DNA of 64,000 bases. It comes from Puniceicoccaceae bacterium (GTDB lineage Bacteria; Verrucomicrobiota; Verrucomicrobiia; Opitutales; Coraliomargaritaceae). The translations under genes were made by a program, and so were the position numbers. Location: NCBI GenBank assembly GCA_017857255.1, contig JAFMDL010000003.1:1244-65243 (forward strand). The letters are read 5' to 3'. The notes under the pieces are model-generated. The model did no database searches. It was not told where the DNA came from and saw only the letters and a list, made by a program, of their open reading frames with translations. Shown one piece after another: positions 61,008 through 64,000 of the stretch. Every line of letters starts with the position of its first letter. The stretch's first letter is position 1.

Positions 61008-61265
61008 TGTATAGAATATCGTACCCCAAATCAGTAGGGATGACAAACTCTTCGCATTAATAAGAACGACCTGTGGGTCATTTATTCCAGTAAAAAGTTT
61101 AAAAGAGGTTAAAATATATTGAGCGCAGTCGATTCTTACAGGGTTGGAAGTCATCCTATGTATTATTGCTAAAACATGGTAGCTGCATGATTCAGTAATA
61201 GTCTGTACGCGATAATTTCTATAGACTTGATGTTTACTGGAAAGTCCTGCCAACTTGAGGGTTTA

Positions 61266-62720
61266 ATGACGAATTCCATTCAATCTATTAATTGGCCTGA
61301 CGCGGCTTACGCTTTGTCGGCGCATATGGATGAGCAGCTGTTGCAAGATGCAGTGTGTGAATTGTTCGGTGGTGATTCGTGCGAGCGGGTATTGGTGGCA
61401 TGCTCGGGTGGGGCGGATTCAGTTTTTTTGCTTTGTCTGCTATGGACGCAGGCTCCGCAGCTAGGCATTGAGTTAGTCGTTGGCCATTACAATCATCGCT
61501 GGCGCGGTGCCGATTCAGAGTTGGACGCGCAATTTGTTGAGGTGCTGGCGCAGCAGTTGGGCTGTCAGTATGTCTCTGCCGCTAGGCCCGAGCATGAGGC
61601 GGCTTTTACCGAAACAACGGCGCGTGCGCTGCGGCTGGATTTTTTGCGCGCCGCAGCACAGGCGCACCATTGTCAGGCTATTGCATTTGGGCATCAGCTT
61701 GATGATATTTTAGAGACTCAGCTGCAACGACTGGTTCGTGGTAGTGGCGCAGATGGACTGGCAGCGCCGCGTCCGATTCATTTTTTTGAGCATTACCCGA
61801 CCCATGTGCGGCCAGTGTTGTACATGAGGGCTGGGGCGATTCGCATGGCGTTGAATGCGTGCGAAATTCCTTGGCGCGAGGATATTTCTAATGAGGATGT
61901 TAGGATCGCTCGTAATGCGTTGCGGCATACTGTAATCCCAGAACTAGGCGCTGCTTTGGGGCGTGATGTAGCAGAAGGTTCAGCGCGATCTCGGAGATTA
62001 TTGGAAGAAGATGCCAATGCGTTGGATGCGTTGGCACGGGTGCTGATTCCAGATGCGTTTACTGGGGGCAGTTCCTTGCAGCGTGGAGCGCTGCGTTTGG
62101 CACCGCGAGCTTTGACGCGACGCGCTCTATCAGCGTGGTTGGGTGATCATGATTTGATTCAGTCCGTCAGTGCGCCGGCTATGGATCTATTGCTGAATGC
62201 GGTTTATGCCAAAAAGGCAGTGAATCGTTTGAGTGCGGGCGCATTTTACATCGTGCTCGACGAGGTGCAGGTGCAGCTAGAATTGGCGCAAGTGGATGAC
62301 GCCTCACTAGATACATGTTTGGTTGAGATTGGGGAGTCGGTCATTCTCTCTAGCGGTGCTTCATTTAGCATCGAAGCGGTCGAGCTGAATGATGATTTAC
62401 GTCGACGCATTATGACTGGCGCTGTGGATGAGTGCTGCGAAGCTTACATCGTGAACGAGTCTGGTCAGGGCCTTCATGTGCGCGGCTGGCAGCCGGGGGA
62501 TCGCTTCCGGCCGATTGGTGCGCCAGGCATGAAGAAGCTTAAAGACTGGTTCATTGACCGAAAAATAGCAGTAAAGGAACGAAAACTCCTGCCGCTGGTC
62601 TTATCTAATTCTGCAGAAATTATCTGGGTGCCCGGTTTTCCACCCGCTAATACTTTGAAAATAAGTGCCTCAACGAAGGAGGCTCTTAGGTTGACTTACG
62701 AACAGAGAGAACCAACTTGA
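61266..62720 (+). CDS. tilS: tRNA(Ile)-lysidine synthetase
   Basis: PP-loop VACSGGADSVFL, HYNHRWRG, HQLDD, and the C-terminal TilS domain (GMKKLKDWFIDRKI). ATG 61266 is preferred to the track's 13-codon longer TTG start. Confidence 0.85.
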   Translation: MTNSIQSINWPDAAYALSAHMDEQLLQDAVCELFGGDSCERVLVACSGGADSVFLLCLLWTQAPQLGIELVVGHYNHRWRGADSELDAQFVEVLAQQLGCQYVSAARPEHEAAFTETTARALRLDFLRAAAQAHHCQAIAFGHQLDDILETQLQRLVRGSGADGLAAPRPIHFFEHYPTHVRPVLYMRAGAIRMALNACEIPWREDISNEDVRIARNALRHTVIPELGAALGRDVAEGSARSRRLLEEDANALDALARVLIPDAFTGGSSLQRGALRLAPRALTRRALSAWLGDHDLIQSVSAPAMDLLLNAVYAKKAVNRLSAGAFYIVLDEVQVQLELAQVDDASLDTCLVEIGESVILSSGASFSIEAVELNDDLRRRIMTGAVDECCEAYIVNESGQGLHVRGWQPGDRFRPIGAPGMKKLKDWFIDRKIAVKERKLLPLVLSNSAEIIWVPGFPPANTLKISASTKEALRLTYEQREPT

Positions 62721-62729
62721 TCCGCATAA

Positions 62730-64000
62730 ATGTCACAGCAAAACACGCCACAAAACAAAGAATCCGGAAATAACGGTCAACCAGAGCGCTTTAATCCTAA
62801 AGTATTGCTCATTTTTTTGGTCATTATTACGGCGATTATCGCGCTCTGGTTCGCACAACCTGGCGCAGGCGCCAATCATGAGCGCTTAACGATTAGTCAG
62901 TTGGTGAAAGCCGTGAAAGACGGTCAGATTCAGCAAGGCGACGGCGTAATGAAGCCAGATCCATCGCTCGGGGAAGCAGGCTATATCATTTCAGGTAAGA
63001 TGCAGAATCCGAAGTATGATGAGACCCTGTCTGCTGAGACAGTGCCTCAAAAAGTGCCTTTTTCTGCCGAGGGCCGCTTGCTGGAAAAAGATTTCGACCT
63101 AGTGCGCACGGTGTTGAAAGAGAGCCGCCGCAGTACGGCACTCCAGGATATTTTGATCAGCTTTTTGCCATTTTTGTTAATCATTGGGCTGCTCTATTTC
63201 TTATTCGTACGTCAACTGAAGAGTGCGGGCAAGGGCGCGATGAGTTTCGGTAAAAGCAAAGCGAAAATGCTTACGCGCGATAAAGACTCGTTGACGTTTA
63301 AAGATGTCGCTGGTTGCGACGAGGCGAAGGAAGAGGTTAGCGAAGTCGTTGATTTCCTCAAAGATCCTAAGAAATTTCAACGTATCGGTGGCCGCATACC
63401 AAAGGGTGTGTTGATGGTTGGCCCTCCGGGTACAGGTAAGACCTTGTTGGCCAAGGCAGTCGCGGGTGAGGCGGAGGTGCCGTTTTTCTCGATCAGTGGT
63501 TCGGATTTTGTCGAGATGTTTGTCGGTGTCGGCGCGGCGCGTGTGCGCGATATGTTTGAGCAAGGCCGAAAGAATGCACCCTGTATTGTATTTATTGACG
63601 AGATCGACGCAGTCGGCCGTCAACGTGGAGCGGGTGTCGGCGGTGGTAATGACGAGCGCGAGCAGACTTTGAATTCTCTCTTGGTAGAGATGGACGGATT
63701 TGATGGTCACGAAGGGGTAATTATCATTGCAGCAACGAATCGTCCGGATGTGCTCGATTCTGCGTTGCTTCGTCCGGGGCGCTTTGACCGTCAAGTGACA
63801 ATTGATCTGCCTGACCTTAATGGTCGTCATGAGATCTTGCTGGTGCATGCCAAGAAGATCGCCCTTTCTGAGGAGGTGAATCTCGAGCATGTCGCACGCA
63901 ATACACCAGGTTTCTCAGGTGCGGACTTGGCGAATCTTTTGAATGAGGGGGCACTGATCGCGGCGCGCTATAATAAGCATGTGGTTGAAATGAACGACCT
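62730..64000 (+). CDS. ftsH: ATP-dependent zinc metalloprotease FtsH (3'-truncated by window edge; absent from ORF track)
   Basis: Hand translation from ATG 62730 stays open to nt 64000. It shows two TMs, then [14 protein letters not shown], Walker [14 protein letters not shown], Walker [12 protein letters not shown], and the second region of homology [20 protein letters not shown]. The tilS-ftsH order is conserved. Confidence 0.92.
   Translation, partial: MSQQNTPQNKESGNNGQPERFNPKVLLIFLVIITAIIALWFAQPGAGANHERLTISQLVKAVKDGQIQQGDGVMKPDPSLGEAGYIISGKMQNPKYDETLSAETVPQKVPFSAEGRLLEKDFDLVRTVLKESRRSTALQDILISFLPFLLIIGLLYFLFVRQLKSAGKGAMSFGKSKAKMLTRDKDSLTFKDVAGCDEAKEEVSEVVDFLKDPKKFQRIGGRIPKGVLMVGPPGTGKTLLAKAVAGEAEVPFFSISGSDFVEMFVGVGAARVRDMFEQGRKNAPCIVFIDEIDAVGRQRGAGVGGGNDEREQTLNSLLVEMDGFDGHEGVIIIAATNRPDVLDSALLRPGRFDRQVTIDLPDLNGRHEILLVHAKKIALSEEVNLEHVARNTPGFSGADLANLLNEGALIAARYNKHVVEMND

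Noticed and set aside
61239-61247. GGAAAGTCC, resembling the RNase P RNA CR-I motif
   Set aside because: The downstream sequence does not continue as RNase P (no GGGC..GGGTGCCAGGTAAC-type elements). It runs straight into the tilS coding region, so this is an isolated 9-mer match.
60645-61253. Full-length 202-aa ORF as listed in the track
   Set aside because: The N-terminal ~80 codons run through the divergent tilS promoter region and have no protein-like features. Only the shorter version from ATG 61007 is kept, as a low-confidence hypothesis.
63201-63890. 229-aa minus-strand ORF
   Set aside because: It lies entirely antisense to the AAA+ module of ftsH, which reads open from 62730 to the window end. 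There are no motifs, and the composition is Arg/Leu/Thr-rich shadow sequence.

Overview
This is a densely coding chromosomal window with about 60 protein genes, one tRNA, and no rRNA, CRISPR array, transposase or integrase. All calls come from reading the translated ORFs, recalled family motifs and the intergenic DNA; no searches were run. The gene content (formylglycine sulfatase, beta-helix lipoprotein, chlamydia-like SWIB protein, PilT paralogs, ECF sigma pair) suggests a marine PVC-superphylum (Verrucomicrobiota-like) heterotroph, which is inference only.

Layout:
- 1-17.3 kb is a glycan-utilisation region. It holds a GH2 / sodium-solute symporter / beta-helix lipoprotein / sulfatase-CBM32 operon and a convergent hexuronate operon (SDR, uxaC, D-2-hydroxyacid dehydrogenase, Ldh_2 enzyme). 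It also holds a XylR/AraC-type regulator, a PBP-like protein and an SGNH esterase.
- 17.4-55.4 kb is mostly housekeeping: tkt, hisI, lptE-like, bamD-like, fabH, plsX, rpmF, elbB, ribB-fusion, a DUF3516-type helicase, ychJ, GIY-YIG, tRNA-Arg(ACG), hpf, an ECF sigma/anti-sigma pair and queA. It continues with an SNF2 helicase, SWIB, aroQ, nif3, tcdA, two PilT-family ATPases, rlmF, sod, tadA, infA, cysK, rsmI, pgi, ilvD, scpB and pheA.
- 55.5-61.3 kb is a MacB-type ABC/HlyD efflux operon. It ends in a Cys-cluster lipoprotein and is preceded by a structured 101-nt inverted-repeat element and a long AT-rich spacer with a Cys-motif ORF.
- 61.3-64.0 kb holds tilS and the 5' part of ftsH.

Two genes below the ORF-track length cutoff were found by hand: rpmF and a 49-aa signal-peptide protein. 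ftsH, which runs off the window end, was also found by hand.

Most noteworthy observations:
- The efflux locus with its two Cys-motif accessory ORFs and structured leader.
- An in-frame TGA at a conserved Trp position in the locus regulator.
- Adjacent SNF2 and SWIB genes.
- An orphan tandem PilT module.
- A RibB fusion whose GTP cyclohydrolase II half has lost its zinc ligands.
- A degenerate extra chorismate-mutase half-domain in PheA.

I did not find a clear-cut novel system (defence, RiPP, CRISPR or similar). The candidates above are hypotheses.
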